From: Escherichia virus KFS-EC
Sequence record: MH560358
DNA: 64,000 nt
Direction: 5' to 3' (one strand)
Position numbers and translations under genes: made by a program. Below are positions 63,035 to 64,000 of this stretch, one piece after another. Each line of letters starts with the position of its first letter. Position 1 is the stretch's first letter. The notes beneath the pieces were generated by a model, which was not told the origin of the DNA, did no database searches, and saw nothing but the letters and a program-made list of their open reading frames with translations.

Positions 63035-63193
63035 TCATCGCAGAGCGTGTTCTAGCGCGATCCCAAACCATCCACAAACAACGCCCATACAGACAGCTAC
63101 AAGAAGATTCATTCTCTCTTTAGGGATCATTGCAATCATAACAACAACCATACAGAAAGCCATTACCATTGAAGTTAACATTTGTTCAACCAT
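63035..63193 (-). CDS. small membrane protein (52 aa)
   Basis: hand-translated MVEQMLTSMVMAFCMVVVMIAMIPKERMNLLVAVCMGVVCGWFGIALEHALR; AAGGTG SD. Confidence 0.4.
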   Translation of the reverse strand: MVEQMLTSMVMAFCMVVVMIAMIPKERMNLLVAVCMGVVCGWFGIALEHALR

Positions 63194-63195
63194 TA

Positions 63196-63534
63196 TCACA
63201 CCTTTAAAGTCATAGACGCATAAACATTAATGCCAGGCCAGTTAGGATCGCAATTATACTCAACATCCCACAAATAAAGCGGTTTAGATGTATCAGCCAA
63301 GTTTTTAAAATCTTCTACCCACATTTCAAGGCTATATGATGGATAAACTAGGCTATCATATCCGCCGTAACGTTGGCCTACTGGTCGGTCAGTAAAAACT
63401 ACATCAAGATCCGGTAATTCTTTTTCAAGGATAACCGCCAGCGCATAAATCAGACGGTCTTCCTTGTTACGCTGCCGTAGGACCGTTGTCAGTTGGTTTT
63501 TCTGGTTCACTAGCAAGCACCTCCACATTTTCAC
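63196..63534 (-). CDS. hypothetical protein (112 aa; start uncertain, overlaps upstream ORF)
   Basis: GTG/ATG start inside 3' end of 63467-63787; possible frameshift relationship. Confidence 0.35.
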   Translation of the reverse strand: MKMWRCLLVNQKNQLTTVLRQRNKEDRLIYALAVILEKELPDLDVVFTDRPVGQRYGGYDSLVYPSYSLEMWVEDFKNLADTSKPLYLWDVEYNCDPNWPGINVYASMTLKV

Positions 63535-63787
63535 AGAATGAAATTTTCACAGACACAATTTTACCATAAGTGAAGAATGAATATACATTATCGAGATATT
63601 CAACGTCACCTACAATCACATCAAACTGCGGATCAGCCACTGCCGCAACATATTCTACCAGTTCATCAAGAGAATGCAACTTAATTTCATCAATTCGGCT
63701 GTATTTGGTTGCATCTTTGATTTTAAAACCACGTTCTTTCAGCTTATCAATTAGAATTTCACGCGGAGTTTCAAACAGTTTGCTCAT
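63467..63787 (-). CDS. hypothetical protein (106 aa)
   Basis: ATG with GAGGATTATATT RBS. Confidence 0.5.
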   Translation of the reverse strand: MSKLFETPREILIDKLKERGFKIKDATKYSRIDEIKLHSLDELVEYVAAVADPQFDVIVGDVEYLDNVYSFFTYGKIVSVKISFCENVEVLASEPEKPTDNGPTAA

Positions 63788-63808
63788 AATATAATCCTCA
63801 CATTAAAT

Positions 63809-64000
63809 CTAAAATTTGTTAACGACGAATTGCATAATTAGACTAATCACAAACATTGCAAACCAAGTATAAATGCAACAGATAAAAGCTACATACAATT
63901 CAATCTGGTCAGAGAATACACCTGGTAAAAGCATTAGCAAAATAACAACAGTAAAAACGCTAGCGATACCCGCAACAAAACCAATATCATTTTTACTAAT
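63809..64000 (-). CDS. membrane protein, 5'-truncated by window end
   Basis: open frame of hydrophobic residues running from window edge to TAG at 63809-63811. Confidence 0.4.
   Translation of the reverse strand: MSKNDIGFVAGIASVFTVVILLMLLPGVFSDQIELYVAFICCIYTWFAMFVISLIMQFVVNKF

Overview
This window is a contiguous block of a T4-like (Tevenvirinae-type) myophage genome, with essentially every supportable gene on the minus strand. Reading from high to low coordinate, the syntenic backbone runs through e-locus equivalents, regB, tk, dam, nrdC, 49, nrdD, nrdG, nrdH, 55, 47, 46, 45, 44, 62, regA, 43, uvsX, 40, 41, 61, 56, dda, dexA, an uninterrupted topoisomerase II large subunit (39 with no gene-60 split), rIIA, rIIB and 52. 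Core calls rest on remembered T4 protein sequences and gene order; no database search was possible. Between the core genes lie dense arrays of small early ORFs driven by repeated sigma70-type early promoter / stem-loop cassettes (PeSL-like), with frequent ATGA/TAATG translational coupling and several GTG/TTG starts (many track ORFs carry artificial N-terminal extensions; starts were re-set using Shine-Dalgarno context). The canonical T4 positions of beta-gt/42/imm (uvsX-43 interval) and alpha-gt (47-55 interval) hold no such genes here. The most striking candidate novelty is a glycine-rich gp38-like tail-fibre adhesin homolog embedded in the early nrdC-tk block (52426-53202). Other leads: an uncharacterised 489-aa P-loop ATPase with coupled partners at the alpha-gt locus; a multi-copy repeat-domain protein family flanking nrdG/nrdD; two freestanding HNH homing endonuclease genes; a duplicated rIIB N-terminal HTH mini-gene between rIIA and rIIB; an amber-interrupted tandem paralog; a macro-domain protein and a Mod-like ADP-ribosyltransferase; a Pol-beta-type nucleotidyltransferase; a secreted lytic transglycosylase; and an M15 peptidase next to five tiny membrane proteins. 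Coordinates of features not in the ORF track were derived by hand and may be off by a base or two.
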